The notes under the pieces were generated by a model. The model was not told where the DNA came from and did not search any database. It saw nothing but the letters and a program-made list of their open reading frames with translations. DNA of 64,000 bases from Histomonas meleagridis 2922-C6/04-290x (lineage: Eukaryota > Protista > Parabasalia): NCBI GenBank assembly GCA_020184695.1, contig JAANOX010000212.1, positions 6,504 to 70,503 of the forward strand, read 5' to 3'. How positions within the stretch are numbered: the first letter of the stretch is position 1; each line of letters opens with the position of its first letter. Below are positions 42,286 to 54,062 of this stretch, piece by piece. Both the position numbers and the translations under genes were made by a program.

Positions 42286-45200
42286 CTATTTATTTCCAAT
42301 TATTTTAACATTCTGTGGTACAAATTTCATATTTTCGAATGGTTCTTTATTTCCTTCTTCATTTTTCTTCTGTAAACTTTCAACTTCTTGTTTTAACAAA
42401 TGTATTTGCAACGCTTTAAATTGTTCTGGTTTCATTGTTTTCTTTAAATGTTGTATATAATCGAAAGTAGACATTTCTAAGACAATTGGATTAGAAGTTT
42501 TACTTTTATGATTTTCATGAAGTTTTTTAAACGCGTCGAACAAAATTTTTTGTTGTTGTCTAACTTCAAATTGTTGTTGTTGAATATATCCTATTTCCTT
42601 TCTGAAAGGATTAACATAATTTGTTACGACGTGTGGAATTCTTGGTGCGTTAACAGTTAATTCCTTTAAGAAGTAAAAGAATTGACTTTCATCATGTAAG
42701 AACTCGGGTATATTACTATTAATTTTTAGATAAGTTTGATCCAAAGTTTCCAAATATTTTATATCGTCTTCATTTAAATGGTTTACAAACGAATTTTTTG
42801 GTGATAACAAAATTATTGATAAATAATCGATTCCATATTTCATTATATTATCGAATAATTCTATCGAATGTCTATTTGTCCACCAATTTTTACCTTTTGG
42901 AACAATGTTATCTAAAATGTTTTCTAAAGTCGGCAAATATTTAATTGCTTTCTTAATTAGCGCTAAAATTAATAATCGTTTTATAGTAATTTTAATTTCT
43001 TCATTATCAATTTCAATGTTCTCTTGGAAACCAATTGGAGCAACACTAACGTTAGTAACTTCTTCTGGTATTATATACGTTGATTGATTTTGATGATTAA
43101 TCATTTGTCTGAACGTATTAATTAAATATTGTAACATGTACGCAACCATTTCAGGTGTTTTACTCATTATATTAACTTTAGAATGTAATTGTTTTATCGG
43201 TAATAACAACAAATTCGACCCAAAGTTACGTAATACTGAAAGTAATGTTAAAATTTCACTTTTTGTCCAAAAGTCAATGATCATTCTTTCGACGGGTATA
43301 GTACGCATTAAAAGTTGACCCTTTATAACAGAGAATATATTCCCTATTCGATTAACATCAGTATTAATTTGTTGATTCGATATTAACATGTCATATAATT
43401 CATGATCCGTATGATGTTGTAGTTGTTCAATTGAAGGTGGTAAATTCTCAAATGGAAATTGTATATGTTCATCATCTTTACGCCATTCATTAATGATTAA
43501 ATGATGTTCCAAATTCGACAGAAATGTTAACGCTGTCTTGTGAATATGATTACTAATTAATTTACATGAATAACCTTCGCCATTTAATGAACTTCGTTTA
43601 GAAAAGATGGAATACCAATCTGAATCATCATTACACATTACATATGATAAATCAAATGATGAAATATCTTTCTTAAGTTGTAATAATAAAAATGGAAAAC
43701 ATACAACTTTCGTCCAATCAATTGCACGGAAATGTAATATCGTTGCGACTTGACAAAACTTTTGAAGTTGTTCAATAGGACAAATATAATGTATTGATGC
43801 ATGAATAGCTTCCCATTCACCATAACCATGTAATTCGAGAAATTGTATTATTCGTTTTGCGACTTTCGCATCAAATTGGACCTTTTGGACACGTTCTTTT
43901 TTGTTTTTCTTTTTCGTAACACTACTAATTGTTGATGGATCAAATGGAAACATCTCTAAAAATTGTTCATTATCTAATCCTAATGAACAATCAACTTTAG
44001 GTATAAATCTTGAATTAGATTCTTCTAATTCGGATATATCTATAATTGTTGCCATGTTTTCTAAAACATCTTCAAAACTATGATTCTTTTTAGTCTTATA
44101 TTGATCTATTGGTGGTGGCTCTTTAATATTACTTTCTTTTGGAATTTGAATATCATCTGATACATTTATTTGATATAATGTAATGTTGTCTAATGCAGAC
44201 ATTTCATTTTGGATTGCTGGATTTAATAATAATGAATTTTGTTGTTGAACATTTTTTGGATTTTCTTCCGATTTTACGATTTGTGCTAATGATGGATCTG
44301 TTATAACTCCATTACCTAATAAAGTTTTCCATAATTTCATTTTCCGTTGTGCACGTGCAAACATTTCATGTTCATATGTTCCATAAGTTATTAATCTTAA
44401 AACATCGACTTTTTGCGTTTGGCCAATTCGGTGACAACGGCCTAAAGCTTGTAAATCATTTTGAGGGTTCCAATCAGGATCGAAAATGATAGTTATTGAA
44501 GCCTTCGTTAAGTTTAATCCTTCTGAACCAGATCTTGTTGATATCAAAAATATGAAAACATCTTTTGTAGGATCTAAAAACTTCTTTATTGCAACATCTT
44601 TTTCATTATCATTCATATTCCCTGTTAATATTTCATGTGGATATTTCTTAAGTTGACAATATTCGTCTAAAATTTTTAATATTTTTAATCTTTGTGAGAA
44701 TATTAAAACTGATCTTTGTTCTTTCCTAAATATCGGTAATATTTTATCAAGAAATATTAATTTGGATGAACAATTAATTAATAATTGTAATCGTGAAATT
44801 TTATATTTGCCAGTATAATATTGTTCGGCACCTTTAACTAAAAATGGATGATTACAAATACGATGTAACATATTCGATTCATTTAAGTTACAATCATTTG
44901 ATAATCGATATAATTCATGCATTAATGTTAATCGTGTTAATTCTTTTTGCGTTTTCGTTAATTGTAAAAACGCAATTTTTTCATCTTTCGGTATAATACT
45001 TTTCTCAACTTCTAATAAAGATCTTCTCATTAAATGTGGCGCAATTAACTTTTTAAGTTCATCAAGTTCATCAGGTTCTAAACTTTCTACATCATCTTCA
45101 GGAAATGTCGAATCTCCTAAAAAATAATTCGGACTAACGAAATGTAATAAATTCCATAGTTCTTTAAGTGTGCTTTGGATTGGTGTACCTGTTAATATAA

Positions 45201-46380
45201 TTCGATGTTGATATGGAATGTTCGTAAACGCTTTATGCTTCTTTCCATTGTCATTCTTAATTCGATGTCCTTCATCAACACATATTATTTGCCATGGAAT
45301 ATTTCGGAACTCTGTATAATCTTTCAAAAAAATATCATACGAAATTAATAAAATATTAAACCCAAATTTGTTCGGTTCAATTTCGCCTGATTCATTAATG
45401 GATGGAAATGAATACGTTCGATATGTTGAACGTTGTTCTGGCGCTCCATAATATGGTACATATTTAAAGTCGGTCCAACGTTCGATCTCCGAACGCCACT
45501 GTCGATATGTATTAGTACGAACTGCAATTATATGTGGACCATGATATGATGTATGCAGATCTAAATATTTCAAAAACATTAGGCATTCAATGGTCTTGCC
45601 TAAGCCCATCTCATCTGCTAGGATACAGCCATGATTAGAACAAAAGCATTTAAGTAACCAATTAATTCCGACAATTTGATAATCGCGTGGAATACAATTA
45701 TCTCGGGATTTGTATTCCTCAGCTTCTTCAGGGGTTATAACAAGAGAGTCAGGTCGAGTAGTATGAACAATTGGATCGATTGATACTTTTGTAGATAAAT
45801 AATGTTCAACTAGATTTCGTGGGATGTCATCTGTTTCTTTTTCCCACGAAAAAACAGTCCCTTGGTCAAGCGTATATTCTAAAAGAAACTCTTGGAGATT
45901 TGGCGCATATGGACATTTCCGATTTGATATAACATGAATTGGTGAATCATAAGATATGCTAAATTCACGTGTTGATGTATCATAAAATTTGAATTTACTC
46001 TCTGTTTCATTGAATTTTTTTAATAAACGTGCAAAATTTGAAACTTCATTTGCCATAAAATCAACAATCCACTGTGCAAAAATTCCTTCTTGATGTTGAA
46101 ATGTAACGAGATATTCAAGGCCATTATTTGATTTACGTGACAAATAAATATGATCGATTTTATCATTTTCATAATATTGTTCTGAATATTCTTCTTCTTC
46201 AAGTAATTCTTCAAGTTCTGGATTTAATTCTTGATAACTGATTGATTTATTAAAATTTCGTTCGGAATGTCGAGGTACAAAATTTGCAGGTAACTCATAA
46301 GATTCATAATTTGAATACTCGTCTGATGAATCATCTTTTAGCTTTTTTTTGGAATACGAAGAAGACGTAGAGTTATGCAT
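42286..46380 (-). CDS. CHD-type SNF2 chromatin remodeler (chromodomain-like N-terminus, ATPase, SANT/SLIDE-like region)
   Basis: LEYLVTF..W; GCILADEMGLGKT; DEGHRIKN; LTGTPIQ; DPDWNPQNDLQALGRCHRIGQ; HGYGEWE. Confidence 0.88.
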   Translation of the reverse strand: MHNSTSSSYSKKKLKDDSSDEYSNYESYELPANFVPRHSERNFNKSISYQELNPELEELLEEEEYSEQYYENDKIDHIYLSRKSNNGLEYLVTFQHQEGIFAQWIVDFMANEVSNFARLLKKFNETESKFKFYDTSTREFSISYDSPIHVISNRKCPYAPNLQEFLLEYTLDQGTVFSWEKETDDIPRNLVEHYLSTKVSIDPIVHTTRPDSLVITPEEAEEYKSRDNCIPRDYQIVGINWLLKCFCSNHGCILADEMGLGKTIECLMFLKYLDLHTSYHGPHIIAVRTNTYRQWRSEIERWTDFKYVPYYGAPEQRSTYRTYSFPSINESGEIEPNKFGFNILLISYDIFLKDYTEFRNIPWQIICVDEGHRIKNDNGKKHKAFTNIPYQHRIILTGTPIQSTLKELWNLLHFVSPNYFLGDSTFPEDDVESLEPDELDELKKLIAPHLMRRSLLEVEKSIIPKDEKIAFLQLTKTQKELTRLTLMHELYRLSNDCNLNESNMLHRICNHPFLVKGAEQYYTGKYKISRLQLLINCSSKLIFLDKILPIFRKEQRSVLIFSQRLKILKILDEYCQLKKYPHEILTGNMNDNEKDVAIKKFLDPTKDVFIFLISTRSGSEGLNLTKASITIIFDPDWNPQNDLQALGRCHRIGQTQKVDVLRLITYGTYEHEMFARAQRKMKLWKTLLGNGVITDPSLAQIVKSEENPKNVQQQNSLLLNPAIQNEMSALDNITLYQINVSDDIQIPKESNIKEPPPIDQYKTKKNHSFEDVLENMATIIDISELEESNSRFIPKVDCSLGLDNEQFLEMFPFDPSTISSVTKKKNKKERVQKVQFDAKVAKRIIQFLELHGYGEWEAIHASIHYICPIEQLQKFCQVATILHFRAIDWTKVVCFPFLLLQLKKDISSFDLSYVMCNDDSDWYSIFSKRSSLNGEGYSCKLISNHIHKTALTFLSNLEHHLIINEWRKDDEHIQFPFENLPPSIEQLQHHTDHELYDMLISNQQINTDVNRIGNIFSVIKGQLLMRTIPVERMIIDFWTKSEILTLLSVLRNFGSNLLLLPIKQLHSKVNIMSKTPEMVAYMLQYLINTFRQMINHQNQSTYIIPEEVTNVSVAPIGFQENIEIDNEEIKITIKRLLILALIKKAIKYLPTLENILDNIVPKGKNWWTNRHSIELFDNIMKYGIDYLSIILLSPKNSFVNHLNEDDIKYLETLDQTYLKINSNIPEFLHDESQFFYFLKELTVNAPRIPHVVTNYVNPFRKEIGYIQQQQFEVRQQQKILFDAFKKLHENHKSKTSNPIVLEMSTFDYIQHLKKTMKPEQFKALQIHLLKQEVESLQKKNEEGNKEPFENMKFVPQNVKIIGNK

Positions 46381-48002
46381 TCCAAAATATGGAGTGCCCG
46401 AAATTCTTTTGAATGAGGGTTTTATTTGGAATTCGTTTTTTTTGATTCAAATTAAAAACTTTACAATTATTTCCCCACAAATTATAGAAAGACAAAAATT
46501 TTTACAAACAAGATTTGTTTCACAAAATTTTCTTGTCTATGATTCAAAATCTTATTCAAATACTGTTCAAAAAGAATTATGAACCAGTTCTAGTATTACA
46601 ACAGCATGAATAATGTGAAATTGAGATCTTTCTTTAGAATGTTTTTTTGAACTTTATTAACTGGATTTTAATAAAACATAAAAAAATATTTTGTTTGTTT
46701 ATATATTAACAAAGTGATTGTTTTACAACATCTTAGGTCATAACTTTGTGTATTGATAAATTTTAATTTCTTCCATAGGAGATGACACTTCAGATGCTAA
46801 CAGAGCATTTTTTAGTTTATTACTAATTAATTGGTTCATTACATATGAATAAGTTAAGCTATAATTTAAATATGCAAAAGATCAAGGAAACCTAATAGAC
46901 AATATCGAAATATAAATGCTTACAAATATTTCATTTAAATGTTAAAAAAGTTTTGGTCAATGATTACATATCGATTAATGTGATCAATGCTGTAACCAAG
47001 ATGAAACAAATCAAATGGTCAATTAAAAATATGGAAATAAGGTATATAAAAAAAGGAATTACATGATTCACCAGATCATTAAACAAATTAAAATGAAAAA
47101 AATATGAATTTAAAATATAAATAATTTCATATTTACATTTTATATTAAAACTTTCCAAAATTAAAATAATTAATATGTCAACTTGAGATTCGAAGCAGGC
47201 TTTAATTTAAAATATAATTGTTTTTGCATGTAACTTTTTTTCTACAGGAAATTGAACGATTTCATTTTCTGTAATATGATACAACTTACTAAATTATTAT
47301 TGAATAATGATGAAATACTTTTCGAACAAATACATATATCAAAAATAAATGAAACCAATAAGATTATTATTCAAGTGTTATTTGAGTCATGTTTTTGATA
47401 ATTTTTCTTGTGATCTAGAAGTAACTTTACATCATTGTGAATTCCTTTTGTACATTTATCATTTTTTGTGTGTTTATTAACAACATATAGTTAAATGTTA
47501 TAATGTATGTTTTAGCTTTAATGATTTCCATATGCTTATATGTTTAAATCGACTTTGGATACTTATATTTCTATTGTTTTCTGTGAGCAACTAATCATTA
47601 TCGATGTATGCTTTATTTCCATTTATTGGAAATGATAATTTGATGTTCAGAGAAGATAACTATGAACCGAAATTATCGTTTATATTTTTCACTATGTTGG
47701 CTCACTACTATTTTTATGGAATTTTTTTTTTCAAGCTTAAAATCATGTTCTTTTGGTGGCACGTTTCACTCGACCTAAACTTTTTGAATTAAATGACTGT
47801 TCTATTTTCGTATTCAAATCCAGCAGAATGTCTCAAAATTGAATCACGTGTCAGATATAACCGTTTTAAGCGGGATTTTGACAACCCATTGAATTAAGAT
47901 CACAAATCTATTTTGATACTCAACGTTTAATAATTATTCAAAAAGTTAATGAGATTCTGTGATGTCAAAACGGTTTTATTTAAGAGGAAAACCGATTTTC
48001 AT

Positions 48003-49079
48003 ATGATTCCTTCCTCACGATCCCCTCTCTTGAACAAATACACAATCGAACAAGAATTACCACAGGGGTTCCTTGGCCCAACTGTCCTTATTAGGCACCA
48101 AGAGAACAAAACATTACACATATGTAAAATTTGTAAAAAATGTTTTATTGGTTCTTTGGAAAAAATTAACTCTTTTCGCAAAAGGCTAAAGGATATTTCT
48201 CAGTGTAAGGATTCATTTGTTGTTTCGTTTACTGAAGTTATTGAAACTCAAGAAGAATTCTTTATGATTAGACCATACATCACACATGAATCACTTTCAG
48301 AATTCTTACAGCATTCTTCTCTCACAGTAGAAACAATTTTGGAAATCTGGCAAAGTATTGTTCATTGTGTTAGTTCTCTTCATTCATTATCAATATGCGC
48401 ATTACCACTCAAACCTAGTAACATCTATATGATGCCTAATCGGGTTGTTGTACTCACTGACCAATATGAATTATCATCAGATATTTCTTGGGCTTTACAA
48501 ACTTCTGATCCTTCTCATTTAGCTTTTGTTGCGCCTGAATATTTCCTTAAGACCAGTCCTCCTTCTCAACATTCGGATGTTTGGTCATTAGGAATGATAT
48601 TATGTTATATGTGCCTCCGTTCTCTTCCTTTCTCAACAAAAAACGTGTTCACAATGATTAAAATGATTACAGAAAACCCATTTAGAATTCCAAATGAACT
48701 TCCATCTGACGTAATTTCGATATTAAGATCAATCTTTGTAATGCCGCCAAATTTAAGACCAAACGCATCTTTTTTCTGTGATTCAAAAGGAATCGAGATC
48801 ATCAGAAATAGGCAACGAAGTTGTTCTGATCCAAATAGATTATATAATTCAAATACAAATATTGGTTATTATAATTCTTTTGATAGAGCTAATCGAGGCT
48901 CACTGCGGATGTCTGGGAGGCAAGTATTGGATCCAAAACACAGAGTATTTCTCCAGCTTTCCAAAGCCAATTCTGTTAAAAACAGAAAAATATTCCCTTT
49001 TCAGCATACATCTTCATACTCAGTCAGATGTCGATTTTCTGTTCCAAGCGGTTCTCAAGATAGTGGTGAAACTGATTGA
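48003..49079 (+). CDS. CAMK-like pseudokinase
   Basis: The kinase fold is recognisable (ICK, LKPSNI, FVAPE, SDVWSLG), but HRD is replaced by ALP, DFG by DQY and the G-loop is degenerate. ATG 48003 is chosen over 47949. Confidence 0.75.
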   Translation: MIPSSRSPLLNKYTIEQELPQGFLGPTVLIRHQENKTLHICKICKKCFIGSLEKINSFRKRLKDISQCKDSFVVSFTEVIETQEEFFMIRPYITHESLSEFLQHSSLTVETILEIWQSIVHCVSSLHSLSICALPLKPSNIYMMPNRVVVLTDQYELSSDISWALQTSDPSHLAFVAPEYFLKTSPPSQHSDVWSLGMILCYMCLRSLPFSTKNVFTMIKMITENPFRIPNELPSDVISILRSIFVMPPNLRPNASFFCDSKGIEIIRNRQRSCSDPNRLYNSNTNIGYYNSFDRANRGSLRMSGRQVLDPKHRVFLQLSKANSVKNRKIFPFQHTSSYSVRCRFSVPSGSQDSGETD

Positions 49080-49176
49080 TATGTTTTTAAAGAATTCTAT
49101 CGAATATTTGAGTAATTTTTTGTAAAGTTCTTATTTGTTTTGGACGATCAAATTGAATTGAATTTTTGTCATTTTT

Positions 49177-49824
49177 ATGGAGCCTGAAACACAAGATGCA
49201 ATTATAACTTTTGTTGGTTGTTTCAACCCACCAACAAATGGACATTTACATGCTATTGCAGCTGGATATGATTATTTAAAATCAATTGGATATAATATGA
49301 AAAAAGCAATAATTGTTCCTGCTCATGGAGGTTATTCAAAATCATCTTTAAAGACAACGGAGGATCGTCAAAGACTTGAAATGTGTAGGTTAATGGCAGA
49401 GAAAACAGATTTCATTGAAGTTGATAGCGTAGAAATTGATAAAGATCACTGGTCAAGAACAATAGACACACTTGAATACCTTAAAGCTAAATACCCTAAC
49501 ACTAGAATTTTCTTGTTGTGTGGTATTGACACAGTTGAAGCTTTTCCAAAAACTTGGAGAAAGCCAGATGTCATCAGAATCATTGAAGAATTTGGTGTTG
49601 TGGTCCTACCACGAAAGGAAAAGATCGAAAACATAGAAGACCATTGTGATTATTTCAAGGGGCGAATGAAATATGTTCATGTGATTGAAAATAATCCAAT
49701 GGATCAAGTAAGTTCTACTATTGTAAGAAACTTGATTAGCCAAGGAAAACATGCAACAGGATTAATTTCACCAGAAGTTGAAGAATACATCTTGAAAAAT
49801 AATCTTTTTGTAAATCCTGAATAA
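49177..49824 (+). CDS. NMNAT: Nicotinamide/nicotinate mononucleotide adenylyltransferase (eukaryotic NMNAT type)
   Basis: GCFNPPTNGH, RLEMCRLM, WSRTIDTL, LLCGID, VSSTIVR, VEEYILKNNL; Inr TCATT precedes the ATG. Confidence 0.9.
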   Translation: MEPETQDAIITFVGCFNPPTNGHLHAIAAGYDYLKSIGYNMKKAIIVPAHGGYSKSSLKTTEDRQRLEMCRLMAEKTDFIEVDSVEIDKDHWSRTIDTLEYLKAKYPNTRIFLLCGIDTVEAFPKTWRKPDVIRIIEEFGVVVLPRKEKIENIEDHCDYFKGRMKYVHVIENNPMDQVSSTIVRNLISQGKHATGLISPEVEEYILKNNLFVNPE

Positions 49825-49942
49825 ATTTTTTATACAAATAATATACCTTTTATATTCCATACATTAAAAAGCTTTATGTCGAAACTATTTTGCAAGAAAT
49901 ATAAATTTAAAAAAATCAAATAATAAAATATTTTTTTTTCAT

Positions 49943-49989
49943 CATACATGTTCATAACATCCATACATGTTCATAACATCCATACGTGT
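49943..49989. repeat. 19-bp tandem repeat (about 2.4 copies) in an intergenic region
   Basis: catacatgttcataacatc twice, followed by catacgtgt. Confidence 0.85.
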
Positions 49990-50111
49990 AAACTCTTAAT
50001 TTTATGGTTTCATTTTGAATATTATTATATAATTGAAGAAAATCTGATCGATTTGGAATTATTTTTTCTAAACGTTCTTAGTTAACGGACATGATTTAAC
50101 GTCTTTTTAAA

Positions 50112-52706
50112 ATGGAACAAAATGAAAGCTTTTCTGATGACTTCATAAAAGCAAAATCAAAAAATAATCAACCTAAAAAATTAACAATTTTTCATTCAGA
50201 TTTTACTAATGGTTCAGAAAAGCTAAAAGAAATTAAACCTATTTTAAATTTCATCAATATTCAAGAACTTTCACTAATCGGTCATTTATTAAAAAAAGTA
50301 TCTGCTTTAAATTCGCTTCCAAAATTAACACGTCTTAATTTAAGTTGGAATCACATTGAGTCTTTATCAGATTTTTTGGAACTAAAAAATATTGAAGAGT
50401 TAACATTAAATCACAATAGGATTCAACGTGTGCCAAAAGGTATTAAATCATTAACAAAATTGCGAATATTTCGGATTTGTTACAATAAATTATCAAATAA
50501 AAGTGATTTTATTCACTTGATTCCTTTATCAAATCTCATATGTCTTGATGTTGAAGGCTGTCCAATATCACATCAAGATGATTCATTACTTTATGGAATC
50601 TATTCACTCCCACAACTTATGATTTTAAATCGTAATGCAATAACAATTGAACGTAGAAGAAGCGCAGCTGAAAGATTCGAAAGGTTCGAAATTCAAGAAT
50701 TAAGCAAGTCTAATGATCATTTAATCAAAGAAAAAGAAACATTAAAAATTCAATTAGATAAAACAAAAAACAAATGTAATAGTTTGGAAGGAGAAAAACA
50801 AAAATATAAAGAAATAATTTCAAAGAATAATGATGATTTTAAACAATTACAAGATTATGCTTTAAATTTACAAAGTAAAATTCAAAAAGAAAAACTTAAA
50901 TCAGCACAAATTGAAAAAGATAAAAAATCAATGGAAGAAAAACATGAAAATGAAATTGGTCAAATTAAAAACAAGTATGTAATTCTTGAAGATAAATCGA
51001 GTAAATTAGAACAAAAAAATGCAGACTTAACACAAAACATTTTTCTTTTGAAAACAGAAAGCAAATCCAAAGATAAAGAAAATATACAATTACAAAATGA
51101 AATTTCTAAAATGAAACAAGATAATAATGAATTAAAACAAAATAATAACATGTTGAAACAAAATAATAATGAATTAAAACAAGACAATAATAAGTTGAAA
51201 CAAGATAATGATGAATTGAAGCAAGGTAATAATGAATTAAAACGAGAAATTGAAAAATGTTCAAATGAAATCAAAGATATTGCTACTAAAAATGAAAATA
51301 AAATTTTTGATTTAAATAATGAAATTAAAAGTTTAAAGGATAACTTAGAAGATACAAAAAACAATAAGAAAAAAATTGAAAATCAATGTGAAACTCAAAA
51401 AACATATTATGAAGAACAGCTCAAAAAATTATCATTACAAATCGAAGGATTAAACAATGAAATTAATTTAATAAAATCAAAGAAAAATAAGAATAAAAAA
51501 GAATATCAAAAAAATCTTAATGATCAAAAAATGCAATACGAACAACTTTTAAATCAATCCAAATCAAATGAAAATCTTATTAATGAGCTTCAAAAAGAAA
51601 ACGATAAATTAAAACAAGATATTAATTCAAGAAAATTTTCAGAAGATGAAGTTAAAAATTCGTTAAGTCAATTAGAATCCCAATTTTCGAAGACGCAAGA
51701 TCATTTTAAAACTAAATATGTAGATTTATCACATGAGAAAAAGAAACAAACGAAAGAAATCGAAAAATTAAGAATTGAAAATGAGTCATTACAAAAGACA
51801 ATATTAAAACACGTAGAAATTGAAAATGCGCTTAACTTATCAATAAATTCATTACAAAATAGAATGGAAGCAGCTGAAGAAAATTATCGTCAAATAATTA
51901 ATGGGCTTTATGAACAATTTGAAACATTAAATAAAACTTCTAAAAATATGGTTTCTAAAGAGATTCTTAATTATGTAAAAATGAAGTTAAAAGATGCAAC
52001 AGCAAAGCAAAAAGTTAACGAAGAAAAAATTAATGTTTTAAATGATAAATTAAATCAAAGTAACAATGAAATTCAACAAAAACGTAACTTATTAGAATTA
52101 GCTAATAATGGACTTGATGTATCAAAGGAAAAAATACAAGTAATTAAAAATAAACAACTCGAAATTGAGAAGAAACTTAATTTAAAAACTAAAAAGAATA
52201 ATGAGTTAAAAGAAGAAATAAAAAATTTACAAAATGAATTACAACAAATCAAAATTGAACAAGAAAATACACTTCAAATCAATCAAAATGATCAAGAACA
52301 ATTTTCAATTATTAAATCTTATGTTGATGATTTATATAAATTTTTATCTGGAAAACAAATTGGAGATTCAAATAAAGTTATTAAAAATATATTAAATAAG
52401 TTAAACCCAATTTTTGATTTATTTTCTTATCCTAATATATCATATCAAATTGATCCAAAAGAATTAAAAATTATAAATAAAATAAAATCAGAATTAAAAT
52501 TAATTACTAATACAACTGAACCAATTAAAGAAAATGAAGAAAATTCATCAATTTTATCTGAACTTCATCAAATAGAAAAATTAATTAAACTTGCAAAAGA
52601 AAAATTTGAAGAAAAAGAACTTTACATTGAAAGTTTATCAGAACTTACGCAACAACAGCATTCTACAATTCTCAGCTTGTCAAATATCAATGATGATATT
52701 CTCTAA
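50112..52706 (+). CDS. SDS22-like LRR plus long coiled-coil protein (centriolin/LRRCC1-like architecture)
   Basis: LTRLNLSWNHI, LTLNHNRI, LDVEGCPI and an LRRcap (YSLPQLMILN), followed by about 650 aa of heptads. Confidence 0.8.
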   Translation: MEQNESFSDDFIKAKSKNNQPKKLTIFHSDFTNGSEKLKEIKPILNFINIQELSLIGHLLKKVSALNSLPKLTRLNLSWNHIESLSDFLELKNIEELTLNHNRIQRVPKGIKSLTKLRIFRICYNKLSNKSDFIHLIPLSNLICLDVEGCPISHQDDSLLYGIYSLPQLMILNRNAITIERRRSAAERFERFEIQELSKSNDHLIKEKETLKIQLDKTKNKCNSLEGEKQKYKEIISKNNDDFKQLQDYALNLQSKIQKEKLKSAQIEKDKKSMEEKHENEIGQIKNKYVILEDKSSKLEQKNADLTQNIFLLKTESKSKDKENIQLQNEISKMKQDNNELKQNNNMLKQNNNELKQDNNKLKQDNDELKQGNNELKREIEKCSNEIKDIATKNENKIFDLNNEIKSLKDNLEDTKNNKKKIENQCETQKTYYEEQLKKLSLQIEGLNNEINLIKSKKNKNKKEYQKNLNDQKMQYEQLLNQSKSNENLINELQKENDKLKQDINSRKFSEDEVKNSLSQLESQFSKTQDHFKTKYVDLSHEKKKQTKEIEKLRIENESLQKTILKHVEIENALNLSINSLQNRMEAAEENYRQIINGLYEQFETLNKTSKNMVSKEILNYVKMKLKDATAKQKVNEEKINVLNDKLNQSNNEIQQKRNLLELANNGLDVSKEKIQVIKNKQLEIEKKLNLKTKKNNELKEEIKNLQNELQQIKIEQENTLQINQNDQEQFSIIKSYVDDLYKFLSGKQIGDSNKVIKNILNKLNPIFDLFSYPNISYQIDPKELKIINKIKSELKLITNTTEPIKENEENSSILSELHQIEKLIKLAKEKFEEKELYIESLSELTQQQHSTILSLSNINDDIL
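51111..51243 (+). repeat. 21-bp coding tandem repeat (LKQDNNE heptad, about 6 copies)
   Basis: MKQDNNE LKQNNNM LKQNNNE LKQDNNK LKQDNDE LKQGNNE. Confidence 0.9.
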
Positions 52707-52782
52707 GCAAAATTTCGGATTGCGAACAAAAGTGGCAAGTGAACGGCTTGGCACTTTTCTTTCAAATTGATCATTTCATCAA

Positions 52783-54062
52783 ATGCTTGCATCTTTATCT
52801 CATTCTAGAGGAATTAGAACAAAATTCCTGACAAAGGAAAATATAATTTACAAGAATCTTTATGGTGATGAAGGGGCTGATCTTGAATCCGCTAAAAAAC
52901 GTGGCGATTGGTCTGACACAGATAAATTCATTCAAAATGGTCATGACTGGATTCAAGCAGAAGTCAAAACATCTGAAATTCGTGGTCGTGGTGGTGCAGG
53001 ATTTTCTACTGGTGTAAAATGGAGTTTTGTACCGCAAAATGAAAATCAACCACATTATCTCATTGTTAACGCGGATGAAGGTGAGCCTGGTACATGCAAA
53101 GATCGTAACATTCTTACATATGAGCCACACAAAATCGTTGAAGGAGCTCTTCTTTCAGCATATGCCATTCGTGCACATCGTTCCTATGTTTATATCCGTG
53201 GAGAGTTTAGGCATGAAGCCAAGTGCCTGCAAAAAGCAATTGATGAAGCCTATGCCGCCAAATTAGTTGGAAAGAATAATAAATTTGGTTGGGACTTTGA
53301 CATATCAATTCATCGTGGCGCTGGAGCATATGTCTGTGGTGAAGAGACTGCGCTTCTTAATTCCATTGAAGGACTTCCAGGTCGGCCCAGATTCAAACCT
53401 CCATATCCAGCCATCAAAGGACTCTACAAATGCCCTACAGTTGTTAACAACGTCGAAACCATCTCTTCCATCCCCACCATTCTTCGTCGTGGTGGTAAAT
53501 GGTTTTCACAAATTGGAGTCAAAGGCTCCAAGGGCACCAAAATCTATTGTGTTAGTGGTTGTGTGAATAATCCATGTATTTTTGAGGAAGCCATGGGGGT
53601 TCCATTGAGAGATCTTATTGAGATTCATGCCGGGGGAGTCCGCGGCGGATGGGATAATCTTCTTGGAGTGATTCCGGGAGGTTTATCATGTCCAATTTTG
53701 TCTCCTAAGCAGGTCGAAGATGCCATAATGTCATATGATGACCTTATTGCTAAAGGCTCGGCGCTTGGAACAGGTGCAATCATTGTGCTTGATAAGGATG
53801 TGGACTTAGCCGGTGCGTTTGCGAGAGTTTCGTCATTTTATCGCCATGAGTCTTGTGGACAATGCGGACCTTGCAGAGAAGGAACCGCAAAAATGGCCGA
53901 AATTATGGAAAGGATTGCAAGCGGAAAGAGGACTTGTATGACTTGGAGCATACGGCACAAAATACAAATAATTGTATTTGCGCTTTGGCAGGTGCTTCTT
54001 CGGATCCAATTAAGGGAATGTTAAGACACTTTAGACAGGACATAATGAAATTACTGAAATAA
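52783..54062 (+). CDS. nuoF: Hydrogenosomal NADH dehydrogenase 51-kDa subunit (NuoF), with a frameshift near 53925
   Basis: Presequence MLASLSHSR; SEIRGRGGAGF; NADEGEPGTCKDR; GAYVCGEETALLNSIEG; ESCGQCGPCREG. The conserved end (EDLYDLEHTAQNTNNCICALAGASSDPIKG) continues in another frame to the TAA at 54060-54062. Confidence 0.9.

Noticed and set aside
46786-46815. Hairpin ATGCT-AACAG-AGCAT followed by a T run, containing ACAGAG as in U6 snRNA
   Set aside because: The rest of the U6 consensus is absent; a 5-bp stem is expected by chance.
46964-47792. Small AT-rich ORFs 46964-47158 and 47604-47792
   Set aside because: F/I/L-rich composition typical of random AT-rich frames, with no motifs.
47770-47905. 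Faint resemblance to the 5' end of LSU rRNA (acccattgaattaag)
   Set aside because: Too short and mismatched, with no flanking rDNA; better explained as promoter DNA.
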